A DNA stretch of 64,000 nucleotides. Origin: Eledone cirrhosa. Its lineage: Eukaryota. The position numbers were made by a program, and so were the translations under genes. Location: the NCBI GenBank assembly GCA_964016885.1, contig OZ024749.1, forward strand, positions 42,656,001 through 42,720,000. Direction: 5' to 3'. Below, piece by piece: positions 45,258 to 58,662 of this stretch (the stretch's first letter is position 1; every line of letters starts with the position of its first letter). The notes under the pieces were generated by a model that was not told the DNA's origin, made no database searches, and was given only the letters and a program-made list of their open reading frames with translations.

Positions 45258-45260
<3 letters not shown>
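44994..45260. repeat. ~80 bp inverted repeat separated by (TA)n
   Basis: 44994-45075 mirrors 45178-45260 with about 2 mismatches. Confidence 0.9.
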
Positions 45261-45290
<30 letters not shown>

Positions 45291-46195
45291 ATATAATATA
45301 ATATAATATATATACACATGTGTGTATGTAAAGTGTATATAATTTGTTCTTTGACCATACTTCAACACCCTAACATTCACAGTCTTCTGCTGTCATGATA
45401 ATATTGTTAAAGTTAACATTCCTTTAAAAATAGTAAACAACAACAACAACTACTACTGCCTCTAATACGATTGTCGCTACTACTACTTCTAGTTAAATGG
45501 ACCTCCCTCTGTTTCGAAGAGGAGTTCCAGTTGTTCGATTAACAGAAGGGACCGATCGTGAAATTAGCTTCTAAGTAGCTGAATATTTCACAGACACGTG
45601 TACGCTTAATGTAATTCTCAGGGAGACTCAGCATGAAATAAAGCATAGGAAGTCTCATTTCTGTACAGTTTTGTCTATGCCTATCATATATTGGTACTAT
45701 AGTAAGTCCTAATGTGATGTTTATGCCTATGTCAGTTTGTTTAATCGGTTTTCTCTACAGTCCCTGCTTCAAGTAGAACTGTTTGGTATTGTGCCAACGT
45801 TGGAAATAATTATTATTCCGTTTATGATGTTTTACAATTAAAGATCTCGGAAGTGTTGTTGGGAGCGACAGAAACAGCTGTGTCTCGTCCGTTGAATGCA
45901 CACACACACATATGTATATATATATATATACATATATATACATATACATATATATACATATATACATATATATACATACATATATATATATACATATATA
46001 TACATACATATATATATATACATATATATATATACATATATATACATACATATATATATATATACATATATATACATACATATATATATATACATATATA
46101 TACATACATATATATATATACATATATATACATATATACATATATATACATACATATATATATATACATATATATACATACATATATATATATAC

Positions 46196-46312
<117 letters not shown>

Positions 46313-46411
46313 CATATATATATATACATATATATATATACATATATATATATACATATATATATATACATATATATATATACATATATATATATACATA
46401 TATATATATAC

Positions 46412-46451
<40 letters not shown>

Positions 46452-46466
46452 GCGTGTCTATGTAGA

Positions 46467-46513
<47 letters not shown>

Positions 46514-46514
46514 C

Positions 46515-46602
46515 TGTCTCGGCAAGATTGGAACTCAGATCGTGAAGGGACGTAACTATATGAGGCAAAGCATGTCCGACGCTCTACCAATGTTGCCAAT
46601 CT
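46515..46602 (-). mobile_element. SINE family 1, tRNA head only
   Basis: CTCGGCAAGATTGGAACTCAGATCGT...GACGCTCTACCAATGTTGCCAATC. Confidence 0.7.
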
Positions 46603-46603
46603 T

Positions 46604-46645
<42 letters not shown>

Positions 46646-47570
46646 ATAATAATAATAATAATAACTATATATGTAGCTGCAGGTAGCGGCTTAATGTTCA
46701 TCTGGGTAAATTTTCCGGTTAAATAAGATCGATGAGTGAGATATCAAATTTATAATAATAATAATAATAATAATCATATTTTAAGCGTAATCCGGTTGCT
46801 TGAGCTTTAATCACGTAAATATAAATGGAAGATGCCAGCATGTACATATGAGTGAGCAGACGACCTGATGAAGTTTCTGTTCAAATGAATTGAAGAAAAT
46901 TGAGTGATAATAGCCAGGAAATGTTACTTAGATATTTCGTTCTACGACCGGAAGGTAAGTATGTAGATTTAAAGTTAAGTACACACTTATCGTTAATGAC
47001 AAATACAAATGGCGGCTGCATTCGTTTTGGCCACGACTGGATAGAACCGAACTGAATTGGATTGAAATGGACTGGACTGGAGTGGACTTAGTCAAAAATC
47101 AAATCAGATTTTAAAGAAGTCATGTGTGGTACACTATGGGTTATGAACATATGAAGAACGTGAAAGGAAATAAAAGTAGGGTTATCGATTTGGTGTTTTA
47201 GGAATTGGAGGTCTTCGGTCATAAAAGATAATTCAAAGGTTGAAAACAGAGGTGGTGGTAACGACTAGATGTATACTACTAGCTTATAACAGAACAAATA
47301 TTTAACATAGACATGTATACAAATGCAGATATACGCAGGCACACATTATTTACACAGCCAGCATGTAACACACTTGTAAATATACACACACATACGCATC
47401 AGCGTTCATATATGACATACGTAAAGCTACAAAACGAAGGGAGTAGCAAATGCATTCACAAATATATTAAAATAAAAATGTTTTATTGGCATTAACGTAA
47501 CAGAATGTGAATAACAGAGCGAAAGAGAAGAAAATAACGAGAAGTAGAGAGTGAAGGACATATATATATA

Positions 47571-47680
<110 letters not shown>

Positions 47681-48346
47681 TGATAGGCAGATAGGCAGAT
47701 AGCTAGATAGATAGATAGATATATACTTCATACAGACAGATGGAACGATAGATATACAAAGATAGAAAGGTAGATAAATAGTTATATAAATACGCAGACT
47801 GACATATAGGTAGATAGATAGACGGTATAGATACATAGATAGATGTTTTATATTATCCGAAGATAGATACATAGGTAGGTAGCTATTGATAGTTGTTGTT
47901 TTATTGCTGACAAACTTATAAGCACTGTGGGAGATAGATAGGGAGGGGAGGATAATAAATTAACATTTCCCAAACAAATCTAACACGCTGTGGATGTCAC
48001 TTGATTCATAGGTTTTATTAAAACAATATATCAAACAAATCATACGAGAGACTATTAAGACTCGAGAGAGGTAGAGGAGAATAGTGAAAGGAAGGAGAGA
48101 TATACAAATAAAAGAGAGTATCCTTTTAATGGATTTCACTCGATTTCTTCAGCAACTTCCAGGAAATTATGAAAAAGAGAAATAAGGATGTTGATAGAAA
48201 AAAGGGGAAAGAAAAAATCAAACGTTCCTACCTACTTCATGATGAATTTGCGTTCGTGTTTGATAGTCCTCACCTGCAAATAATAATAAAAATAATAATA
48301 AAAATAATAATAAAAATAATAATAAAAATAATAATAAAAATAATAA

Positions 48347-48378
<32 letters not shown>

Positions 48379-48469
48379 ATAATGGGTTTTTTTCATTGGC
48401 CACAAGGCCTAACATGAAGAAAGACGGCACAAAGCGGTACAGGATGATTCAAAATAATAATAATAATAA

Positions 48470-48859
48470 TAATTGTTTCTACTTTTTTGGCACAAGGCCA
48501 GCAAATACCCAGTGCATTACTAGTACTTTATTTTATCGACCCCGTAAGGATGAAAGGCAAAGTTAACCTCGGCGGGATTTGAACTCAGAATGGCAAGGGC
48601 CGTAACTCAATGTGTCAAAGCATGGCGTCTGACCCTCTACCGATATTACCAATCCACCTTCTGATTTAGGCACAAGGCTAGAAAATTTGGGAGAGGGGAA
48701 AGTCGATTAAATCGACCCCAGTGCATTACTGGTGTTTTATTTTATCGACCCCGTAACGATAAAAGGCAAAGTTAACCTCAACGGGATTTGAAATGAGAAC
48801 GGAAAGGACCGTAACTAAGCATGTTGTTCGACGCTTTACCGATACTGCCAATCCACCGC
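48470..48859 (-). mobile_element. Two head-to-tail full-length SINE family 1 copies
   Basis: 48470-48659 and 48661-48859 are each a reverse complement of the 20279 copy. Confidence 0.88.
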
Positions 48860-48890
<31 letters not shown>

Positions 48891-49904
48891 CAATAACAAG
48901 AACAACAACAACAGCAGTAGCTGCCTAGGGTTTACGTTAAGGATGCACGTGTTTGTGGAATAGTAAAACCACTTAAAGGATAATTCATGAGATTGATATT
49001 TAGGTGATCGACTGATCGAACACCTAAATGCTCATCGTCGAAACTGACGGAAGATTCAATCAGATTTATAAAATGCGCATGAAAAATATAGATAACGTGA
49101 AGCTCATTCTATAGAAAACTGTTAGTCGCCAGAGAAATAGAAATTACTGTGTAGATGATTCGATGTGTAAATATGTCCATCTTTGGGAAAATAATTCAGC
49201 TTTTAATTACATATTTAATTTAGATTTCAGTTTTAAATTACACTGCGAAATAATCCCCTTCTTTTGTATTTCGAAAAAGACATAACGCCGCAAAAATAGA
49301 AAACTGTGTTATATTACAATTTATAATTAATTTGTTTTGATGGCGGAGTAGGTAGGGAAGGGGAGATAATTCTGGTGGGAATAAGATTCCATGTATTAGC
49401 TAAGGCGAATAATAAAATAAAAACAGAGGAATTTATAATGATCATAATAAAGACATCAATTTCTTAAAGCGTAATAAATGAACAAATATATACATATATA
49501 TATAAAAAAAAAACATGATAAAAAAATAACAACAAACAAATGTTTCTTCACACGGAAGCGTTGACTATAATGAACAATGAATAGAATGAATGAATAATTA
49601 TATCTAAAAATACAACGGATTAAATGTCAAACAACGGAAGACAATGACATCAATGACAAATAATACTAATACAACTACTACTACCACTACTAATAATAAT
49701 GATGGTAATCAATGTGTAGCTACCCATTGTCCGTTATTCACTGATCTCGGATATTGTTTTTATTTTTTGTTTTGTTTTATTGTTGATTTTGTTTTATTGA
49801 CTACTTATTCCTTATTTCGTATTTTCGTATTTTTCTTCCATTCAATGATAAATATAATGAATACAGAAAGAAATACGAAGAATTACATCCGGCAACAATG
49901 AAGA

Positions 49905-49975
<71 letters not shown>

Positions 49976-50055
49976 TATATATAAAATATATATATATATA
50001 AAATAAAACACCAGTATATATATATCAAGTAAGAAAATTTTCGAAATATATATAT

Positions 50056-50091
50056 AATTAAATAATTTATTGTCTATTGTAATATTATATT

Positions 50092-50144
<53 letters not shown>

Positions 50145-50183
50145 ACAAATATAATATTACAATAGACAATAAATTATTTAATT
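50056..50183. repeat. ~44 bp perfect inverted repeat separated by (TA)n
   Basis: AATTAAATAATTTATTGTCTATTGTAATATTATATTTGTTTTAT and its mirror. Confidence 0.9.
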
Positions 50184-50255
50184 ATATATATATATATACA
50201 TACATACATACATACATATATATATATACATACATATATATATATGTATACATAC

Positions 50256-50287
<32 letters not shown>

Positions 50288-50441
50288 GTATATATACACA
50301 CATATATACATATATATGTATATATACACGCATATATACATATATATACACGCATATATACATATATATATGTATATATACACACATATATACATATATA
50401 TATATACACACATATATATATATATACATATATACACACAC

Positions 50442-50472
<31 letters not shown>

Positions 50473-50540
50473 CACACATATATATATATATATATAAATA
50501 TATATAAATATATATATATAAATATATATAAATATACAAT

Positions 50541-50750
50541 ATATTAACAAATGGAAACTATATTTATAAAACCATATTTATTTCATTATACATATTTCAA
50601 GGGCCACAAAGGCAAATTATGGTGCGCTTTCATCAGATAAAATATAATATAGGTTAGTTTTATAAATAAATATTGACATACCCTGAAAACATGCAACCAT
50701 TCTGGTTGGAATATTCTGGATAATTGTATCCCAACAAATTAAATATACCC
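50541..50750 (-). mobile_element. Family B single arm
   Basis: ATATTAACAAATGGAAACTATATTTATAAAACCATATTTATTTCATTATACATATTTCA is nearly identical to 25059-25117. Confidence 0.75.
50579..50644 (-). ncRNA. Minimal type I hammerhead ribozyme
   Basis: TATTTTAT CTGATGA AAGCGCACCATAA..TTGTGGCCCTT GAAA TATGTA TA ATGAAATA. Confidence 0.72.
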
Positions 50751-50751
50751 T

Positions 50752-50854
<103 letters not shown>

Positions 50855-50967
50855 AATATATATATAATTATATATATATATATAAATAAATATAGATATA
50901 AATATATATATAAATATAAATATATATATATATAAATAAATATATATAAATAAATATATATATATAA

Positions 50968-51026
<59 letters not shown>

Positions 51027-51085
51027 AATATAAATATATATATAAATATAAATATATATAAATAAATATATATATAAATATATAA

Positions 51086-51119
<34 letters not shown>

Positions 51120-51606
51120 GTGTGTGAGTGTGTGTCTGTATGTCTGTCTGTGTGAGTGTGTGTGTGTGTGATTATGTGTATATGTGTATGAGTCTGTGTG
51201 AGTGTATAGGAAACCAACTAACAAAATAGCATCTTCCATTACAAATGGAAAAATAACACAATTGAAAAGTCTTAAAGCAAAGTAAAACTAATAGAAAATA
51301 TATGTTTACGTTGAGTTGTGAATTTATCGATAAAGAGCATGAGATGCAAATATAATCAAACTTTAATATATGGATATATATGTATTGTCCTCACTCCCTA
51401 GTGTCAGTCTGTCTCTCTCTTTCTATTCATTGACACACATACATATGCATACTATGTATACATGCATCTATATATGCATACACACACACACATAGACACA
51501 TATGTATTCATATATGTATATATATGTTGATACATATATTCATATGCATATGCATTTATATTCCTATGTATATATGTATGTGTATATATGTATGTGTATA
51601 TATATG

Positions 51607-51643
<37 letters not shown>

Positions 51644-51665
51644 TATTATTAATATATATATGTAT

Positions 51666-51697
<32 letters not shown>

Positions 51698-51793
51698 TAT
51701 TATTAATATATATATGTATGTATATATATATATGTGTTATTAATATATATATATGTATATATATATATGTAATATATGTATGTTTTATTATTA

Positions 51794-51824
<31 letters not shown>

Positions 51825-51933
51825 ATGTAGGAGGTGAGTTTATTGTAGTACAATAAAGCAATGCAGATATCGGATAAGAAGCACTCTAGCACTCTCTCTC
51901 TATATATATATATCTATGTGTTATTAATTTATA

Positions 51934-52010
<77 letters not shown>

Positions 52011-52031
52011 GTATATATGTATATATATGTA

Positions 52032-52062
<31 letters not shown>

Positions 52063-52102
52063 ATATATATATGTATATATGTATATATATATATATGTAT
52101 AT

Positions 52103-52459
52103 AACGAAGGAAATGTGGTAAGGAACCAGATGGACCATAATGCACCAAAGTACTCAATAGTTAGAGTAGTAGAGTGGCTAATAGGAACGAGTAGGACCCC
52201 GACGGCAGAGCTCAAGCCGTTTCGACGGCTAATTCTGGACTTAATAAGCGGGAGGCGGGGGAAACCCGAGAGTAGGCCCCAAATCACAAACATGTGAGGG
52301 GATGATGTGGAGGCGATCAAACAGAAATCAAAATTACTAATACAGGTACAAGACCAATTTTCCGGCATCTAATGGTCAAACACCTCTTTTTATCCGGATA
52401 TAATTATGCGTGTACATTTGATTTCTAGTCCAGAATTAGTCATCGGGGTCCTACTCGTT

Positions 52460-52464
<5 letters not shown>
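52103..52464 (-). mobile_element. Family A, copy 4 (with ~190 bp internal spacer)
   Basis: Reverse complement of the tail at 52103-52180; arms TAGGAACGAGTAGGACCCCGA / TCGGGGTCCTACTCGTTCCTA. Confidence 0.85.
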
Positions 52465-52519
<55 letters not shown>

Positions 52520-53076
52520 TATACATATATATATATGAATATGCATATACATACATATACATATGCATATGCATACATATACATATATATGCACATACAT
52601 ATACCTACATACAATGGACAAGAATGGCTTATCCTATAAAAATAATATTTCAATTTTAATTATTTAAACCTAGTTTGTTTTCCCTTTGACAGTTTCGGAG
52701 ACAACCAAACACGATATCACATTACCATCATACTTGAGGGATGACACTAATATTTTGAAATATTTGTATATACGTTAGATTTTGTCTCAACACGGATAGT
52801 ATCTCTGTTTAAGTCTATTGACCGTCAAATTTGCAATGTTCAATTTCTCACTGTAGCGTTTGTTCTATCTCATCAGTAGAATGTCTCTAAGGATGGGGTG
52901 GTCAGATGAGGAGTCGACAAAACATAGAATCCACTGTCACCCTCTCTCTCTCTCTCTCTGTTAAATATATATATATAATAGCTCATTAAATATGAAATGC
53001 CCGATTTTCTTATGCAATTTCAATTCAAAATCATCGGGCATTTCATATGTAATGATCTGGTGTGTGTGTATGTATG

Positions 53077-53130
<54 letters not shown>

Positions 53131-53134
<4 letters not shown>

Positions 53135-53233
53135 AAAAGAGTCAGGACCCCCACGGCTGAGCTACGGCCGGTTTGAGTATTGAGTACTCCGGTGCGTTAT
53201 GGTCCACCTGGTTCCTTACCACACTTTTTTGTT
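53131..53233 (+). mobile_element. Family A, copy 5 (internally deleted)
   Basis: Left-arm start TAGGAAAAGAGTCAGGACCCCCACGGCTGAGCT joined directly to the tail AGTATTGAGTACTCCGGTGCGTTATGGTCCACC. Confidence 0.7.
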
Positions 53234-53236
53234 ATG

Positions 53237-53285
<49 letters not shown>

Positions 53286-53319
53286 TAATTTTGTAATAAA
53301 TATCCAAAGTTAGTACACT

Positions 53320-53975
53320 TTGTAGGCTGACCAAGATACTCTCATGGAATGACCAAATGTGATACATTTTTCAACATAATCCCTAGGAAGAGACAATGCA
53401 GTCATCAATAAGAAAAGTTCAAATCATTGCATGCAAGATTTCACAGCTCTAGCATCACGCAATCATAGTCAGCTTACGAACCTTTCAGTCGACCTTCCAG
53501 CCGACCTTCCAGCAACTTAACTTCAAGATATGATCGTCGGTTGAAAAGTTCATTTGCCGAAAAGTTCCTAGGCTGACCAAGATACTCTCATGGAATGACC
53601 AAATGTGGTATATTTTTCAACATAGTTTCCCAGAAAGAAACAATGCAGTTATTAATAAGAAGAGTTGAAATTAATGCTTGCAAGATTTCACAGCGCTAGC
53701 ATCACTCCTTCATAGCCCGACGAAGATACTCTCATGGAATGACCAAATGTGGTACATTTTTCAACATAGTTTCCCCCACAAAAAAAAACAACAACAACAA
53801 TGCAGTTAATAATAAGAGGAGTTGAAATTAAAGCTTGCAAGGTTTCACAGTTCTAGCATCACTCATTCATAGACTGACCAAGATACTCTCATGAAATGAC
53901 CAAATGAGGTATATTTTTCAACATAGTTTCCTAGAAAGAAACAATTCCGTTATTAATAAGAAGCCGACCTTCCAG
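53320..53975. mobile_element. Tandemly reiterated mariner-derived non-autonomous element (~150 bp units)
   Basis: Four copies of GACCAAGATACTCTCATGGAATGACCAAATG..TTTTCAACATA. TIR-like GTCGGTTGAAAAGTTC / GAACCTTTCAGTCGAC. Confidence 0.6.
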
Positions 53976-54221
53976 TGGCCTCCAGATATTTTTGCCATTG
54001 TTTTAGAACTAATACTTCTAAGCTAATTTTATATTCGGAAATACAATGAAAATAGAAGAAAAACAAGAAGTTACGTTACAATTCTAAATACATAAAATAA
54101 ATGGCCTTTTAATCAGTCTCATCTGTTAGGTAGGATTTAATTTGTATTTAACACATATTGTAGTAATACCATTATAGGAATAAATAGGCGAAAGTGACGT
54201 TGATTGGAATGATGATCATGA

Positions 54222-54255
<34 letters not shown>

Positions 54256-54263
54256 GACTTTAA

Positions 54264-54314
<51 letters not shown>

Positions 54315-54625
54315 ATAAGAAACAGAGAATCAGTGGTGTGGCGTATGTATGTATATGCATGTATGTATGTGTGTGTATATATATGCATGTATGTGTGTGT
54401 GTGTGTGTGTATGTTCTCCCAATATAAAACACTCCAGATGTTTTACCATTTTCATTCCGTGGAATACATCCAACGGGCATGACATTCATTATCTAATCCC
54501 CTCTCTCACTCTACGACTATCTAGCTTTCTACTAACTTTCTGTCTCTCTCTACGTCTGTCTGTCTGTCTACCTGTCTGTTTGTCTGTTTGTCTACCTACC
54601 TGTCTGTCTGTTAACTCGGTCTATA

Positions 54626-54657
<32 letters not shown>

Positions 54658-54899
54658 CTTTAGCTCTGTCTGCCTGTTCGTCCATCTATTAAATCCCTGT
54701 CTCTCTGCGTTTGTGGTGTGTATGTGCATGTCTATATGTGTGTGTGTGTATGTGTGTGTGTGTATGTGTATGTGTGTGCGTGTGTGTGTGTGTGTGCTTT
54801 AGCTCTCTGTCTACCTGTCTCTACATCTGTCTGTCTCGATGTCTATCTGCCTGTCTGTGCTTTAGCTCTCTGTATGTCTGTCCGTCTGTCTACTAAATC

Positions 54900-54950
<51 letters not shown>

Positions 54951-55007
54951 GTCTGTCTGTCGGTCTATTAACTGTCTATCAGAACAAGAATTAATACACA
55001 ATAATAA

Positions 55008-55195
55008 TAATTGTTTCTACTTCTGGGACAAGGCCAGCAATTATTCCAGTGTATTACTGGTACTTTATTTTATCGACCCCGTAAGGACGAAAGGCAAAGT
55101 TAACCTCGGCGGGATTTGAACTCAGACCATAAAGGACCGTAACTCAATGCTGCAAAGCATGGCGTCCGACCCTCTGCCGATACTGCCAATCCACG
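55008..55195 (-). mobile_element. Full-length SINE family 1
   Basis: Reverse complement of the 20279 copy. Confidence 0.88.
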
Positions 55196-55196
55196 A

Positions 55197-55447
55197 ATAA
55201 TGGAGTAAACCCGATATTGTACATCAACATACACTCTTGACAGGTGCAATGGTGTCCGAACACGGGAGAGCCGAACTCCCACTGTCATCGCCACCATCTC
55301 TCTCGCCCTCCCCATCTCTCTGTATAGTGAGCAAATGGTCCCACGCGGTGGCCGCCCCACAGCCCCGGCAGACAGAATGGATAAGGCGTTTCCTCGGAGG
55401 ATGGTAAAGGAGATGCGCTGGAAGAGCCATTCCATCTCGTCTGGTCT
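55197..55447 (-). mobile_element. 3' fragment of a CRE-like (restriction-like endonuclease) non-LTR retrotransposon
   Basis: EMEWLFQRISFTILRGNALSILS resembles the LFQRxSxxxQRGNAxxIL C-terminal motif of CRE-clade elements. Confidence 0.65.
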
Positions 55448-55687
55448 ATCTGTTAACTGTGTCTGACTATTAACCCTATAGTATCTGTCCCTCTATGCTT
55501 TAGATCTGTCTGTCAGTCTGTCTATATGATTGTCTATTGTTTGTCTCTTCGTCTGTCTATTAAATCCTTGCCTATCTATCTATCTGTGTGTGGCCGTCTG
55601 TCCATCTATTAAGTCTGTCTATTTGCTTTTCAGACTGAATGTCTATCTAGCTATTAACTCTATATCTATCTGAAAGAAACATATGGC

Positions 55688-55985
55688 GGCCTCCCACGCA
55701 TGTGTGTCGTTGTATGTAAAAAGAGAGTAAGATTTGCTGGCCACTGCCATCGTGCCACCTTTGAGGTTGTGTCCCCATCAGTGCTTTGGAAACCACAAGC
55801 AGTCATTAATAACAAGGGGCACAAGATCTCCCGTCCCGATGTCATCTCCAGAGATTCTGGTATTGAAATCTAGGATTTGGCGCCGGCAATGAACGACAGA
55901 CCCACGTGGAGATCAATTACTGAGTCGATTTCGGCTAAGGCCACCGGATGATGATGATGATGATAATGACGATGACGACGACGAT
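55688..55985 (+). mobile_element. Decayed 3' end of an RTE/RTEX-like LINE with (GAT)n tail
   Basis: KKRVRFAGHCHRATFEVVSPSVLWKP...PDVISRDSGIEI*DLAPAMNDRPTWRSI, followed by GATGATGAT. Confidence 0.7.
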
Positions 55986-55989
55986 GACG

Positions 55990-56032
<43 letters not shown>

Positions 56033-57104
56033 GTGTTTCAGTAGCAATTATCAATACATCGTTCCAACTTTTATTGACGGATTTCAGGTTTCTGAAACCC
56101 ACGAGGGCCGGTAAAAGTAAGGGCAGGGCTTAGGGTTAGGGTTAGGGTTAGCGGGTAAAAATAAGGACAGGGCTTAATTCTTGTTCCTACAGAACTCACT
56201 ATTCATTCTTTTTTCTTTTCCTAAATCACACAAAAACACTTGCCCAAACGCAAGGTACCACTCGCGCAATGAGCCTAAAACCCGAAGCCACGTGGGTATG
56301 AACCGTACCGCTTAACCACGCAGCCATACCTGCGCTATGCCATTCATGATAGTAACCTTTTACAAATTAGTTATTTTACCCTCCCTATCGCCACACTTTC
56401 CCTTGATTTTATCTCAGCAGAAAACTCAGCCTTTGAAAAAGAAAAAAAAAAAAAAATGATGATAATAAACGCTTTGCCCCGACACTCCTCCAATTCAACC
56501 AGATGCTGCCGTGTTAGACAGAATCTCTCACTTAATCTAAATAGACAGCCACACTTTTTCACATTTTATCTCGGCTCAATCTATCTTACCCACCACACCG
56601 TTATTTTGTTGTATTTTATATTTTACTTAATATATATGTGAATATATATATTTATATATATATGTGCATATATATATATGTATATATATATATGTATATG
56701 TGCATATATATATATATATATATGCACATATATATATGTATATATATATATGTCTAATACATGTATACAAGTACATATGTGTGTACATGTATGTGCTCGT
56801 GCGGTTTTTGTTTGTTTCTTATTTCCTATATACCATTATTTATTTTACTATTATTAAATACTTGTTGGTGTTATAACTATCATCATCATCGTCATTATTA
56901 TTATTATTATTATCTTTATTATTGTTGTGTTATTATTACTATTATTATTGTAGCTGTGGTTGTCGTTGGTGTTGTCGTTGTTGTTGTTGTTTAGCTATGC
57001 AATTACCTTGGGTCGCCATGTTATATGTTTCTGTATTTATGAAAGAAAAAAAAAAATCTTTGATTTAGTTAATACTAAAATACATCTCAGAGGTGTTGCG
57101 CTTC

Positions 57105-58215
57105 ATCGTTAGCACCACCACCACCACTACCACCACCACCACCACCACACCATCATTGTTAAAACCACCACCACCACCACCACTACCACCACCACCACCA
57201 CACCATCATTGTTAAAACCACCACCACCACCACCACCACCATCACTTCCATCACCACCACCACCACCATCATTGTTAAAACCACCACCACCACCACCACC
57301 ACCACTACCATCACCACCATCACCACCATCATTGTTAAAACCACCACCACCACCACCACTACCATCATCGTTAACACCGCCATCACCATCACTATGCTAT
57401 CGTTAGAACCGCAAACACCATCACCACCATCATCGTTAACACCATCACCACCGCCATCACCACCACCATCACCACCGTCACCACCATCATCGTTAACACC
57501 ATCACCACCGCCATCACCACCACCATCACCACCGTCACCACCATCATCGTTAACACCATCACCACCGCCATCACCACCACCATCACCACCGTCACCACCA
57601 TCATCGTTAACACCATCACCACCGCCATCACCACCACCATCACCACCGTCACCACCATCATCGTTAACACCATCACCACCGCCATCACCACCACCATCAC
57701 CACCATCATCGTTAACACCATCACCACCGCCATCACCACCACCATCACCACCGTCACCACCATCATCGTTAACACCATCACCACCGCCATCACCACCACC
57801 ACCATCACCACCGTCACCACCATCATCGTTAACACCATCGCCACCACCATCACCACCACCATCACCACCGTCACCACCATCATCGTTAACACCATCGCCA
57901 CCATCCTTACCGTCATTGTTAACACCACCATCACCATCAGCATCATCACTAACACCACCATCACCACCATCATCGTTAACACCATCGCCACCACCATCCT
58001 TACCAGCATCGTTAACGCCACCACGGCCATCATCATCACCAACATCGGTAAAACCGCCACCACTACTACCAATAACTACTACTACCACTACCACCATTAC
58101 CACTACGACCACCACCACTACTACCACTACCACCATTACCACTACCACTACTACCAATACCACCACTACCACTACCACTACCACCACCACTACCACTACC
58201 ACTACTACACCATCA
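57105..58215. repeat. (CCA/TCA)n-derived ~57 bp minisatellite punctuated by GTTAAC/GTTAAA
   Basis: Higher-order repeat of trinucleotides, merging into (ACT/ACC)n. Confidence 0.9.
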
Positions 58216-58355
58216 CTGTCGTCTTCTCCCCTTGATACTTCTTTATGCCGATGCCATCATCATTTTATAGGCGTAACCATATCAGAAAATGTGTATAAAT
58301 ACTTACATATGTACGTGCATACATGCATAAATATATATATATATATGCATACGTA

Positions 58356-58450
<95 letters not shown>

Positions 58451-58596
58451 TATATATATATTTATAAATATATGCATAAATATATGCATACGTACGTACA
58501 TATATGCATACGTACGTACATATATACATACAAACATACATATATACATACAAACATACATATATACATACAAACATACATATATACATACACACG

Positions 58597-58662
<66 letters not shown>

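Noticed and set aside
45745-45900. Strong plus-strand acceptor (TTTTCTCTACAG) followed by an open frame
   Set aside because: No convincing donor, the frame runs into microsatellite, and the peptide is unrecognised.
46865-46900. CTGATGA...GAAA hammerhead candidate and nearby GTAAGT donor (about 46955)
   Set aside because: Stems I and III cannot be formed. The upstream frame is short (MLLRYFVLRPE) and unsupported.
57183-58467. Pro/Ser-rich 357 aa and Gly/Asp-rich 339 aa ORFs resembling extensin or glycine-rich proteins
   Set aside because: Trinucleotide-derived minisatellite open in most frames, running into (ACT)n and (CA)n; no gene structure.
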